Positions 19,425 to 30,271 of a stretch of 64,000 nucleotides of DNA are shown here, piece after piece. Below the pieces are notes generated by a model. That model was not told the DNA's origin. It was given only the letters and a program-made list of their open reading frames with translations, and searched no databases. Each line of letters starts with the position of its first letter. Positions within the stretch are counted from its first letter, which is position 1. Source of the stretch: a virus (lineage: Duplodnaviria; Caudoviricetes); IMG/VR virus record IMGVR_UViG_2907128583_000005, positions 32,001 through 96,000 of that record; one strand, 5' to 3'. Position numbers and translations under genes: made by a program.

Positions 19425-22400
19425 CTATCCATGTAATTTCTCCTTGTCTGTGTATTTTGAATAACCAGTAATCCAAATATCTATCTGGTCAGTTGGCTTA
19501 AAGCCACCATTTCCATCAGGAATTTGTCTTGCTTTCTTTTTAAAACCAGTTATTTCAATCAAATCGCCCTTGTTGATCCTAAGCGATGCATCTCTAGTAT
19601 TAAATGTTTTTTTGTCCATTTTAAATATTCGTTCTTCTCCACGTCTTAAGTTGTATAAAGTAAGCTTAGGAGAATATTTAGTATCTAAGTCGGTAACAAC
19701 GCACCAACTCGCGTTAACATTTGGATATTTTGCATCAGCATAGCCCATATGTTCAATTTGAAACATTATTGTTTCATTCGGCAAAACCTCCGGCACATTG
19801 TTTACTTTTAACTCCTTCTCGATTCTTCGTAACTCAGTCAGTCGGGTTTCAATTGTTTTAGCTACATATGTTTTTTTGTATTTATATTTACCTTCATTGA
19901 ATTCATCAAATATTTTCATAAGATATCCACTATGTCCGAAGTCATCAAAATAATTAAGCATAATCAAAATTTTTAACTGTCTAGAGTTAACAGATGTCTT
20001 CTGAGATATATCTACCAATAAATCAATAAAGTACTCATATGTATTCACTCTTAGTTCAAAAAGTTCTTCTGCAATCTTTGTGTTCATATATTTGATACCA
20101 GACAAGTCAGCATAAATCGAATTGGTTTTTTCATCTGCCACAAAACTTCTGTTATCCGTTCCAAATTTAATGCCACCATCTTTGATGTTGAAACCTCTTT
20201 GCATCTCTTCTTTGAGTAACCCTAATTTGTCTTTATTTTTCTTTTCTGAAAAATGCCTAAGAAGTGATTCATAGAAAAAGAGAGGATAATGGCTCTTGAG
20301 ATATGCACAATAGACCGAATCAAGAGCATAACTGTATGCATGGCTTGCATTAAATCCGTATCCACTTGAATCCTCGATAATTTTCCAAACCTTATCACTC
20401 ATATCGAATGCTTCTTGTTCGGTCACGTTTTCTTTAGCGAGGATTTTATCACTAAATCCTTTCAAAAATCGTTCTTTGAGTGGTTTTACTACAGCAGGTT
20501 TCTTCTTACTGATTGCTTTAATAATCCCGTATGTTTCGTCTGAAGGAAATCCTGCATAGGCAAGTGTAGCCATAGTTTGTTCTTGGTACAATACAAACGA
20601 GTTTTTCATTTCTTCAGTTTGTATTAAATTGTCGAAGCTGCTTATTCCATATGCAAAAGGTTTTCTACTTTCGAATGTATGATACATTGATTTAAAAGAA
20701 GGACGGATTGCAGCAATAAAAGCAGTTAACTCAGAAATATTTTTCGGCTTGTATTTCATTACTTTTTGTGTTGTAGAATATTTCTCAACTTGATTAACTC
20801 CTACGGTTAATCCACTGGCATAAATATCCCATACTTTATCATTATCTTTTATTACATCTAGCAATTCAGTCTCCGAATGAACTTGTAAACCGATTCTTTT
20901 ATAAGTATCATATGTAGTTTTTACAACATCTACTTTGAGAAGATCATTCTTAAGAAATTTTTTGCGTTCAGCGATATCACCATCAATCAAGGCAGCAATT
21001 ACTTCTTTTTTAGTTGATTCGCTCTTTATTCTGATAAGGCCAATTTCTTCTTTAATGTTTCCTTGATAAATTAAGTGTCCACATGGATGAGGCTTTTTAT
21101 CTGAAATGATACCTGTATACTTTTCACTTTCCTTGATTAGATGATGATACTTCTCGTCAACATAATCGTATACATCAATCAAATCTTGTTCATCATCTTC
21201 AGCATATTTTAAGTCGTTCTCATAATTTTCTAACTGCTTGGACACCTCATTTGCAATATCAAAATCAAGGCTTTGTGATTTGGCATATAACTTGAATCCA
21301 GACTTGCGTTTGAAGGTTCCATAAGCAATCATAGGATAAGAATGTCCCTCACCTAGCACTTTTTTCTGAGCAGCAATAAATACTTCAGGATTCCCTAAAT
21401 TAAGATCAAGATCGGGCAGGGATTTTGTTTGCAAAATTCTGCTTTCACTCATAAATCTTTCTGGATACAGATGTACAGGAGCGGAAATTCTATCTACTTT
21501 TGAAAATCCTAGTAGAGTATTTGTATAAAAGGAAACTCCTGAGCCACGACCTGTGGATGTGATAATACCGCCCATACTTACAGCTTCTTTGACTATTTCA
21601 TGGTCAATTAAGAAGTAGTCAGACATTTTAGTATTAACAACAACCGAACCTTCTTTTCGAATTTCATCTATGTATTTTGTATGTTTCTCTTTTGGAATAG
21701 TACTTTTAGTTTCTCTCCACTTACTATTTAAAAGCTGCTTATACTTATGATCTCGCTGTTCCTGTGTTAAATCTGGATATATGGTAGGTAACTTAATGTC
21801 ATTACTAAAGACTTTAATTAAATCAGAATCATAGTCATCAAAATCCATAAAGATCATAGTGTTCTTGATTGCTTGATCTATTTGTGGTTCGTTTAACACT
21901 CCTTGATCCAAAAAGCGCTGCTTAAATGTTTGACCATCTGGATAATCCATAAACCAACCATCTTCATTTTCATATCGAATTCCTTTTGCTTCTAGTACAG
22001 CATTTCTATCCTTAGCTTGTTCAGGATAAATAAAATGACTATCACAACCTGCAATTAATTCAATATTATGCTTTGCCGAAATATCTAATATTCTTTTATG
22101 AAGTTTTCGTTGAGGATCTGTATGGTGCGCTTGTACCTCAAGCATAAAATTCTTACCGAAATATGAGTTCAAATCAAGCACAATTTTTTCAATATCCTCA
22201 TATTGCCAAAAAGCAATACATGCGCTTGTGACAAATACCTCATTAGGATCGAGAGTTGAAATCAGATCCAAATCAACACGAGGCTTGTAATAGTAACCTG
22301 TTTCATTGGCTTCAGAAAGAATCCGATTAATATCTCTTCTGCCCTTTTCTGATTTAGCGAAAATACACATGTGACCATTAGTATTATCTTTTTCAAATCT

Positions 22401-22628
22401 ATCCTTTACCCAGTAAGCCTCTGTGCCAAAAATGAATTTTAAGCCCTCTTTTTTTGCTACATCATATGTATCAAAATACCTTCCTTGAAATCCATGTTCC
22501 ATACTAGAGAGTATCTTATGGTCTAGTTCTTTTGATCTTTTCACATAGTCATCAATTTTAACCGAACAATCTGGTGTAAAAATATTGCTATAGTCTCGAT
22601 GATTATGATAATTACAAAACACACAAAT
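19425..22628 (-). CDS. dnaE: Phage DNA polymerase III alpha (DnaE-type, SPbeta YorL-like); start uncertain
   Basis: PHP domain (HNHRDYS), GRGSG, SLPDLDL, YGFNASHA. Confidence 0.93.
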   Translation of the reverse strand: MCVFCNYHNHRDYSNIFTPDCSVKIDDYVKRSKELDHKILSSMEHGFQGRYFDTYDVAKKEGLKFIFGTEAYWVKDRFEKDNTNGHMCIFAKSEKGRRDINRILSEANETGYYYKPRVDLDLISTLDPNEVFVTSACIAFWQYEDIEKIVLDLNSYFGKNFMLEVQAHHTDPQRKLHKRILDISAKHNIELIAGCDSHFIYPEQAKDRNAVLEAKGIRYENEDGWFMDYPDGQTFKQRFLDQGVLNEPQIDQAIKNTMIFMDFDDYDSDLIKVFSNDIKLPTIYPDLTQEQRDHKYKQLLNSKWRETKSTIPKEKHTKYIDEIRKEGSVVVNTKMSDYFLIDHEIVKEAVSMGGIITSTGRGSGVSFYTNTLLGFSKVDRISAPVHLYPERFMSESRILQTKSLPDLDLNLGNPEVFIAAQKKVLGEGHSYPMIAYGTFKRKSGFKLYAKSQSLDFDIANEVSKQLENYENDLKYAEDDEQDLIDVYDYVDEKYHHLIKESEKYTGIISDKKPHPCGHLIYQGNIKEEIGLIRIKSESTKKEVIAALIDGDIAERKKFLKNDLLKVDVVKTTYDTYKRIGLQVHSETELLDVIKDNDKVWDIYASGLTVGVNQVEKYSTTQKVMKYKPKNISELTAFIAAIRPSFKSMYHTFESRKPFAYGISSFDNLIQTEEMKNSFVLYQEQTMATLAYAGFPSDETYGIIKAISKKKPAVVKPLKERFLKGFSDKILAKENVTEQEAFDMSDKVWKIIEDSSGYGFNASHAYSYALDSVYCAYLKSHYPLFFYESLLRHFSEKKNKDKLGLLKEEMQRGFNIKDGGIKFGTDNRSFVADEKTNSIYADLSGIKYMNTKIAEELFELRVNTYEYFIDLLVDISQKTSVNSRQLKILIMLNYFDDFGHSGYLMKIFDEFNEGKYKYKKTYVAKTIETRLTELRRIEKELKVNNVPEVLPNETIMFQIEHMGYADAKYPNVNASWCVVTDLDTKYSPKLTLYNLRRGEERIFKMDKKTFNTRDASLRINKGDLIEITGFKKKARQIPDGNGGFKPTDQIDIWITGYSKYTDKEKLHG

Positions 22629-22797
22629 GATTACCGACCTCCTAATCCTATAAAATATTGATTTTAATAAAATCTGATATGAATATTTTGCACCTCTCAC
22701 CCCCTTAAATATTTATGAGGCTCATAAAGAACAATCGATGGATTTCTAGCTAAGTTAATTAAGTATGATTGTTCTTTATGGACAAATACAATTTAAT

Positions 22798-23772
22798 TTA
22801 TGGCAATATGATAGATTCTCTTTTATTCATTTCAACATTTGAATTTGATATATCTCGTGGCAAAATATCCATTAAATTTTGCTTAGAAATCTTCACACGT
22901 CTACTCATTATTCTGACAGCTTGGTGTCGAATCGCTTTTTCAATCACATTACGAACATAACGTGCATTGCTAAAATTACTTCTTGAGTCTTTCTCAATCT
23001 GAATTATTTCTCTAAGCTTTATAAGTGCATCAGAGGTAATGTTGTAGTCTTTTTCATATGCCATCTTTACTGCAATTAACATTAGCTCATCTGTTGTGTA
23101 ATCCTGAAAATCTATTTGTATTGGAAACCGAGATGGGAGACCTGTATTTGTTCTAAGAAACATCCCCATCTCATCTGGATATCCAGCAAGGATAATTATT
23201 AAATCATCGCTTCTATCCTCCATGACTTTTACAAGACAATCTATAGCTTCCTTTCCAAAATCTTTATCTCCTCCTCTAGCCAAACTGTAGGCTTCATCAA
23301 TAAAAAGAATACCTCCCATAGCCTTCTTAACAAGATCTCGTGTTTTTTGTGCGGTGTGACCAATGTATTCTCCAACTAAATCTGCTCGCTCTACTTCAAT
23401 TAGATGACCTTTACTAAGGATACCCATTCTGTTTAGCAACTTAGAAGCTATTCTTGCCACTGTCGTCTTCCCTGTACCGGGATTTCCTTTGAATATCATA
23501 TGGTATACCTGATTACTACTTTTAAGACCTTCTTCACTTCTAAGTTTTTGTACCTGTATTAATGCATAAATTTCGTACACAAGTTCTTTTACCTTTTCAA
23601 GTCCAATCATATCGTCTAAATCCTTAAATATGTCTGCTGCGGATTCGTAATGATTACTGGTTAATGGAATTTCTTCGTTTTGTTCAGATATTGCTTCATA
23701 AGCCTCCTGACTTTTAAAAACAACATTGATCCTTGATTCATTAACAGTAATCCTTCTAGAGCTTTCATCCAC
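22798..23772 (-). CDS. spoVK: Phage-encoded full-length SpoVK-like AAA+ ATPase
   Basis: HMIFKGNPGTGKTT, ERADLVGEYIGHTAQKT, LFIDEAYSL, GLPSRFP, FSNARYVRNVIEKAIRHQAVR identical to the host fragment. Confidence 0.92.
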   Translation of the reverse strand: MDESSRRITVNESRINVVFKSQEAYEAISEQNEEIPLTSNHYESAADIFKDLDDMIGLEKVKELVYEIYALIQVQKLRSEEGLKSSNQVYHMIFKGNPGTGKTTVARIASKLLNRMGILSKGHLIEVERADLVGEYIGHTAQKTRDLVKKAMGGILFIDEAYSLARGGDKDFGKEAIDCLVKVMEDRSDDLIIILAGYPDEMGMFLRTNTGLPSRFPIQIDFQDYTTDELMLIAVKMAYEKDYNITSDALIKLREIIQIEKDSRSNFSNARYVRNVIEKAIRHQAVRIMSRRVKISKQNLMDILPRDISNSNVEMNKRESIILP

Positions 23773-23794
23773 AGTAATCACCTCTCGTTGTGAC

Positions 23795-23824
23795 AGTATA
23801 TGCCTAATATGGTCTACAACATGC
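23795..23824 (-). promoter_or_regulatory. Candidate sporulation-sigma (SigG/SigE/SigF-type) promoter for phage spoVK
   Basis: GCATG-N17-CATATACT, 22 nt upstream of the GTG start. Confidence 0.5.
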
Positions 23825-23952
23825 AGGTATGTTTGTTCAAATATTCAACGCCATTAACATAACACTTATTCACTAAGAACTTCAGATATTCAACTTTTAA
23901 TTTTACTTTAATCCTTGTAGCTTCCCTTATTGTATGTATTGTAGGCCGAAGC

Positions 23953-24237
23953 CTACTCAAAGGAATTTAATAACTCATCAAACCTATCCTCATAATCCTG
24001 CTCATTAATTATTTGTTCAATTTTTTCTACTGTAAACTCTTTTTCTTCTTCTAATACTATATGTTTTTCCGATGTCTGAATTATGTTATTGGGAGTTGGA
24101 TAAACTCCAAAGAAAAATAATCTTAATGCCTCCCTTACAATATCACTTTTATCCTTGTGTGGTGGCAAACTATTCCAAGCCTGAATGAGATCATCATCTT
24201 TTTTCGGTCTAAGTCTTGCTTTGGCAGCTATTTCCAT
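23953..24237 (-). CDS. ParR-like ribbon-helix-helix adaptor
   Basis: KSDIVREALRLFF, acidic tail, overlaps the parM stop. Confidence 0.65.
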   Translation of the reverse strand: MEIAAKARLRPKKDDDLIQAWNSLPPHKDKSDIVREALRLFFFGVYPTPNNIIQTSEKHIVLEEEKEFTVEKIEQIINEQDYEDRFDELLNSFE

Positions 24238-25172
24238 GATTTCTTGCCTATCTTCCGATATCCTCTTGTTTGAGCAAACTGATCCATTAAGACTTTATTT
24301 GGAAGATCGAGGTAATCAAAAACAAAGTGAGCTGCACCACCAGCAACCAAATAAATATCAAAGTTCATATTCAGACTCTCAATTTCGTTCTTAATTTGCA
24401 TGGCAAGTGATTTAAATGCCTTTTTAATAAGAGGCGAAATATCGTATCCATTATATTTTCCTGAAATGACATATGGATCTAGTTCATAAAGTTCTGGAGA
24501 AGTCCCAGTCAATTTGTGTATGTAGGCTTGTAGTAATTTATAAGCTTTTTCTACTCCTAGCACTATACTCTTAGACTCTTTCATTATTTTTGAGTCATCA
24601 AGCCCTAAGAGGTTGATTGTATAAAACCCCAAATCTATAGTCAGAATTCGTAATTGAGCGGCTTTCAATTTTGCTATTTTACCATTGTCTCCTAATAAAT
24701 AATCCATTACTATTCCAAGTCCTTGAGGTACTAGCTTACACTTCTCAACTATTGGTTGAACTAAAAAACTCTTTCCTCGACCTTTTTTTATTTTGTACTC
24801 ACCTTGATCAGCCAGTCCCAGCAATTTCTCCTCAAAAGCTTCTCTCTGCTTAAAATAAAAATTAATTGGAAGACCAGTAACTAGATTAACCCTTTCTCTT
24901 CGTGCTAAATAGCCCAATACAGTCTTTAGTAGTATGTCACTTGTTTCAGCTTCTGCCTTATTGTTATTTAATGAAAAGTATTTTATGTCACTGTAGTTAA
25001 GTGCAAGAGTTCCAACAAACATTTCATCATTAAATATAAAATGATTAGCTTCAATATTTTGATCAAACATATCTTTTGCTTCGCCTATAATTGATGGCTG
25101 TCTGTAAATCACCCCTCCCTTTTCTGCCTTAGTCCAACTAAATCCCAGATCTAAGTTAACCGTATTAAGCAA
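24228..25172 (-). CDS. ParM/StbA-family actin-like ATPase
   Basis: LDLGFSWTK, VTGLP, VPQG, IDLGFYT, VAGGAA actin-fold motifs. Confidence 0.88.
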   Translation of the reverse strand: MLNTVNLDLGFSWTKAEKGGVIYRQPSIIGEAKDMFDQNIEANHFIFNDEMFVGTLALNYSDIKYFSLNNNKAEAETSDILLKTVLGYLARRERVNLVTGLPINFYFKQREAFEEKLLGLADQGEYKIKKGRGKSFLVQPIVEKCKLVPQGLGIVMDYLLGDNGKIAKLKAAQLRILTIDLGFYTINLLGLDDSKIMKESKSIVLGVEKAYKLLQAYIHKLTGTSPELYELDPYVISGKYNGYDISPLIKKAFKSLAMQIKNEIESLNMNFDIYLVAGGAAHFVFDYLDLPNKVLMDQFAQTRGYRKIGKKSWK

Positions 25173-25192
25173 AGTGGTATAACCTCCTTAGA

Positions 25193-25255
25193 ATTTGTGT
25201 GAACACATGTACCAGTCTGTCACAATCCATCACACTTGTGTCCATTTGTGTCCTC
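25193..25255. repeat. parC-like short repeats upstream of parM
   Basis: TTGTGTCC twice at a 10-bp period, plus TTTGTGT and related CACA half-repeats. Confidence 0.5.
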
Positions 25256-25461
25256 AATTTCTAATTTGATTATACCACATCTATCTCTTTTATTCTACAG
25301 TTTCATTATATTTAATTTTTTATACGTTTCAAAAACACAGCAAATGATAAAATCAGGATTTTACGTAGAAATCACTATCAATAAATCCTTATAAACATTG
25401 GGTATTTTATGTATCAATGTAGTTCTACATTATTCTTGTTCATTTTGCATTCTTGATGTCG

Positions 25462-25944
25462 TCAAACTTTAGTTGAACTCATATTCAACTGTAATTGATT
25501 ATATTTATGTGTTAGCTCAATAAACCACTCTTTATCGTTCATATCAATAGCTATGTCGATTAAAGTCATGATGCAATCTTTATCTAATAAAAGTTCTTCG
25601 TTTGTCACTGTAGCCACTAAAACAGTGTGTTTATTGTAACTATCTCTTGTTAACACTTCTTCAATCTCATTTATGTATGCTGCAACATTTACTTCTCCGC
25701 CTAACTCTAATTCAATCATTCCCTCAATTTCTTTCAAAGTAAGTCTTCTCTTATAGATTTCCTCACTATATTTAAAAGATACAATCTTTCCACTAAAACT
25801 AATTTTTCTCGAATAAAAATCATATTTACTAGCCATTACATCAACATCAATTTCAATCTTAGGTTCACTAGTGAAATTGCCATAATGCTTCTTGAGAGAC
25901 TTCCTTAAAATTTGAAAAATATCATTTTGATTCAAAAATTTCAT
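25462..25944 (-). CDS. IDEAL-domain protein
   Basis: C-terminal LIDIAIDMNDKEWFIELT. Confidence 0.75.
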   Translation of the reverse strand: MKFLNQNDIFQILRKSLKKHYGNFTSEPKIEIDVDVMASKYDFYSRKISFSGKIVSFKYSEEIYKRRLTLKEIEGMIELELGGEVNVAAYINEIEEVLTRDSYNKHTVLVATVTNEELLLDKDCIMTLIDIAIDMNDKEWFIELTHKYNQLQLNMSSTKV

Positions 25945-26137
25945 ATGTATTATTGATCATCAAAAATGATCATCCTCCGATTGATAATATTCTGTTGTAC
26001 TATTTATTTGCCACTGCCATAGCTTGCTTATGTATTTTGCATATTCTTCATCTGAAATTTGTTTAGAATCTTTCTTGTTATTCATGATTTCCATGTAGTT
26101 TTGAATCATTTTGTACCTCCGATTCAAGCCGAATTAT

Positions 26138-27884
26138 TTAACATAGGTTATTTTTAATATATAACCACCCTTGTGATTCCATCAGTTTTTGGTGATTAAA
26201 GCCTTCTTCTTCTGTTTCATATGTATAAACAACTTCTTCGCGTTCAATCTTCATCGTCGCATCTCCTTTTCTCATTTTACTGGTAACCTTGTATTTATTA
26301 ATTAATGTTAGATGCTCTGTCACAAACCAAAACAATACTCTATCTTTCAATTTCTCATCCAATTTATCGATAGTACTCCAAACTCTATCCATGTAAACAT
26401 TAGGGAATCCGTCCTTATCTTTGTAGGCACACATTTTAAACTCATCTATAAAATTGTTTCTCAATTGTGTTTCATTCATAAAATTCTCCATGTCAAAAGA
26501 CATATACCCATCTCCTCATAAAATGCATCTTTTACTTACATAGTGCTTCAATTGACTTAATTAATTCTTGCTTATCAATACCAACCACTCTGTCTCCCAA
26601 CCTTATCTCCACTTCCGAAGAATCACTGTAAGATTCAAAATCAATTGTTTCTGATGAATATGAGTTATAGCTGTCAGTTAGTAAATCGAGTACTATTTTC
26701 ATATGCTACCTCTTTCATAATTTTAGTTATATTTAAATTTTTGTTTAACCGTTTCAGTTGCTCAATTACATCACACATATACCAATAAAGGTCACTAATC
26801 TCTTCAGATTTGTATCCATCAAGAAAAATCCAGTAACTATCATGTTCGTTTGATATCTCGACTGCTCTAGTATGATATACCTTCTTCCACTCGTGCCTAC
26901 CTTTCAGACCACCGTTTTGTTCTATGTATCTCAATAGTTCTGCATTAAACATTTCGTATAACTCAATGCCTTGCTGAATAGTTTCAAACCCCATGTAACC
27001 CTCAACTGAAATGTTGTACTGATCTTTATCTGAATACCATACCTTACCTTTCCAGACTTCAAAGTCTCCATCATGCATATTGATCAATGTTTTGGGATTC
27101 ATTTTCTTCATTGTTTCATCGAATTTTCCCTGATTATATGCATTGTTATAATAATCAAGCCTAATCTGTTCCATCTCTTTGGAATAAAATATCTCTTCAA
27201 GTTTTTTCTTGTTCATGTAGGCACTCCTTATCTAAGATTATGGATATACATTAAAAAGACTCCATCAATCAGTCCCAGCACAAACCAGCCAAGTTGATTC
27301 CAAGTAAAGTTTCTCTTTAGGTTTTTATAAATTCCTACGTGTACCATTTGTGCCATCATAAACAAAAATCCAATCCAAAATGTAATCACAGTCCCATCTC
27401 CAATCGTCCATTACAATCTCTCAAAATTCCAATAGACCCTATTCGTCAGTTGATCAACAGCTACATTTATTTGATGTCTATTTGTCGTAAAAAGACCATA
27501 CGAATTGCATACAACTGTGAATTTCACTAAAGGAATTTTTGTGTAATTGGCACCTCTGTCTATTAACACTTCGGTTACTGTAGCTCCTACTTGAATTCTT
27601 TTGTACTTAGGAAAGGCTTGTTTAATTAGTTTTTTTGTATATTTGTATAAACCTTTATCCACTAAATTAACTGTCTCCTTTATAAAATATGAGTTTTACT
27701 TCAATTTTCGATAGTCTAAATAATCTAAAACAACACCTAATAAACAAACTCCAGAGAATCCAAACCAAAACCAAGGGGTTGTAGTTTGAGGATAAATCAG
27801 ACCATAAATTGCACCTACTAGACCGCAAGCAGTCATTATAGTTAATAAGTTAATAGTGAAGGTTAAAAGTTGTTTTCTGTTCAA
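26138..27884 (-). CDS. Run of small phage hypothetical ORFs (26138-26503, 26532-26702, 26674-27216, 27411-27662, 27696-27884)
   Basis: Co-oriented short ORFs with RBS; the last has two hydrophobic segments. Confidence 0.55.
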
Positions 27885-28562
27885 TTAAACCACTTCCCAA
27901 TTAGTATAGATTGGTTTCAGTCGTTTTATTGTTCTTTGAAAAGCTTGATGCGCTGCCTGACGCGACACACCAAGTTCAACTCCAATTTCCGATATGCTTT
28001 TCCCTTCAAAAAAGTACTTGTCAGCAACAACTCTTTCCTTCTTCGCCAACAATGCATCCATTTGTTTAACTAAATGTGTATTGAACATTTCATCCTCGAC
28101 TGTCAGATAATCTAGGTGACTGTCATTTGAAATAACCTCAGCAAGCAGTTTTTCTTCATCTGTGCCTTTCGATTTATGAAGGGTTTCATTGAAACTAATA
28201 CTGGAGAACTTACTTCGACATTTCATGCTTTTATATCTGGAATGTGCCATAAATTCTTTCCATACCACTTTTCCAAGATATGAAGTAAATTTAATATTCT
28301 TGTTCGTGTCATATGTATTATAAGCCTTCATTAGTGCTACCATTCCCATACCCAATAGATCATCAAACTCTTCCCGGACTCCTCGTTTATACCAACGGTC
28401 AGCTAGGCTTTTAACAAATGGAATATTATTATTTATAATCTTATCTCTAAGTTCTTTATTGTTTGTTAGCTTTGCCTCTTTAATCAACTCTTCATTGTTC
28501 AAGTTAGGATCTCTTTTATAATTTAAAGTCTTGTTAATCATGTATTTCGCCTCTACGCACAC
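27885..28562 (-). CDS. Phage sigma-70 family factor, sporulation-sigma-like
   Basis: Region 2 (NNIPFVKSLA..DDLLGMGMVALMKA..KFTSY) and region 4 (SEIGVELGVSRQ). Confidence 0.85.
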   Translation of the reverse strand: MCVEAKYMINKTLNYKRDPNLNNEELIKEAKLTNNKELRDKIINNNIPFVKSLADRWYKRGVREEFDDLLGMGMVALMKAYNTYDTNKNIKFTSYLGKVVWKEFMAHSRYKSMKCRSKFSSISFNETLHKSKGTDEEKLLAEVISNDSHLDYLTVEDEMFNTHLVKQMDALLAKKERVVADKYFFEGKSISEIGVELGVSRQAAHQAFQRTIKRLKPIYTNWEVV

Positions 28563-29268
28563 AATGTTCTATGTATGTTCCTTCTTCAGTAATTTCAAGC
28601 AGGTTCATCTGTAGTCCGTAAGCACAGGCTCCATCAATTCCAATCTTATCGCCTTTTGGATCAAACCAAATATCTTCTCTATCATGTAAATGGATGCAGG
28701 GTGTATGACCAAATACAATCTTCTTCTCTAATCCAGTCTTATTGTTAAAGAATATATCTCTAATCCAAATGAAGTCACTCTCAGGTTGATTTCGCCAGTC
28801 TTCATAAAAAGGATTAACTCCAGCGTGAACGAATATGTATTTATCTGTTTCATGATATAAAGGCAGCGACTCTAAAAAATCAATGTGATGCTGATAATGC
28901 TTCCTAATAAACTCTTTTGCTTTTATGTATTGTTCCCATTCAAATCCTTCTTCAAAAAAACTAATCCCACAATAACTCTCTATAGTTTGAAATCCACCAT
29001 TATTAAGCCATTGGGCATCTAATTCTTCAATTTCATTATTTATTGCAGCCACAAACATATCGTCATGATTCCCCTTGAGAGCAATTACACCCCATTCATT
29101 ACGAAGTTGCATTACTTGCTCAACCATCTGCCTACTCTTCTGTCCTCGATCAACATAATCTCCAAGTAGAATGAGTTTATCCTGAGAAGGATTGTACTTT
29201 GCTTTTTTCAATAATGAATTAAATTCGTCATTACATCCATGCGGATCACTAACTGCTAATGTTCTGAT
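28534..29268 (-). CDS. Calcineurin-like metallophosphoesterase (Ser/Thr phosphatase type)
   Basis: SDPHG lies in frame upstream of the track start; GDYVDRG, GNHD, VHAG, FGHT. Confidence 0.9.
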   Translation of the reverse strand: MRTLAVSDPHGCNDEFNSLLKKAKYNPSQDKLILLGDYVDRGQKSRQMVEQVMQLRNEWGVIALKGNHDDMFVAAINNEIEELDAQWLNNGGFQTIESYCGISFFEEGFEWEQYIKAKEFIRKHYQHHIDFLESLPLYHETDKYIFVHAGVNPFYEDWRNQPESDFIWIRDIFFNNKTGLEKKIVFGHTPCIHLHDREDIWFDPKGDKIGIDGACAYGLQMNLLEITEEGTYIEHCVRRGEIHD

Positions 29269-29491
29269 ATGTATTACCCCTTCCTAATGTAGTCAATGTA
29301 TACCCATACAGATTTATATTTGCCACACTTGGTGCAAATCATATGCCGTTTCATTCCAGATTTTTTTACAATTCCGTAAGTAATCATTTCTTCATGTTTG
29401 CGGTCGTTTGTTTCCCATTGGTGATCACAGAACAATTTAAGAATAAGAATTCCCTCCTCTCTATAAAACAAGTGTTTTACAACAATATGTA

Positions 29492-30239
29492 TTAGCTAAA
29501 AGTTGCTTCTGGCTCTGCCTTTACGTCAACATCATCTGATTCAGATTCTGTATCGATGGTCAGTTTAATGTGGTTTTGGGTCAAACTCATCAATAACAAT
29601 TCGAAATTATTCAAGTGTCTTAGTGACTTCAAGTCCATGATTCCATGGTGTTCAATATCCCACCCTTTATCTCTGCTCTCCTTCCATCGATACAATCTGA
29701 TAGATTGATTCATTTCCTCATCTTTCTTACATTCAAAGACTAGGTTTGCGTACTCATAAATACTCCAACTTCTACTTTCATCGTATTCCACTTCTAAACT
29801 CACTTGAGCATATTCATAACTGATACCATCATCATAATTAACTTCAAGCTTACCTGTATCAATATTCTCAGCAACATAATCCATCCACTTTTCATACAGG
29901 CTTGAGACATTCATTTGCTTATCTACATTGTCAGTTGTCATGATACTTTTAAAATTCTGAAGTAGTTGTTTATTCTCAAGTGTTGAATTTTGAAGAACGT
30001 CAACCAGAACAACTGTCTAGTTTAATTATGTATTTTGAATAATCATAAGACTCAAGATATGGAACCATAACCGATTTCACTTTCTCTTCAATAATTTTGG
30101 TGACATCTCCGTAGGATCTGAACAAGTTTTCAAGAGCGTTAACCACTCCTTTCTCTAGTTGCTGTTCAATAAGTTTTTCAACCGTTCCATCCTCAAGTTT
30201 TTTAGAAATTACATCCTTAATACTATTTTCTAGTGTCAT
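29492..30239 (-). pseudogene. Phage protein split by a 1-nt frameshift near 30010
   Basis: Removing one T joins ..KLDS to VLVDVLQNSTLEN..MTTD; homologous to 5170..5868. Confidence 0.7.
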
Positions 30240-30271
30240 TATTAATTACTCCTTTTATCTATTATTTTCAA

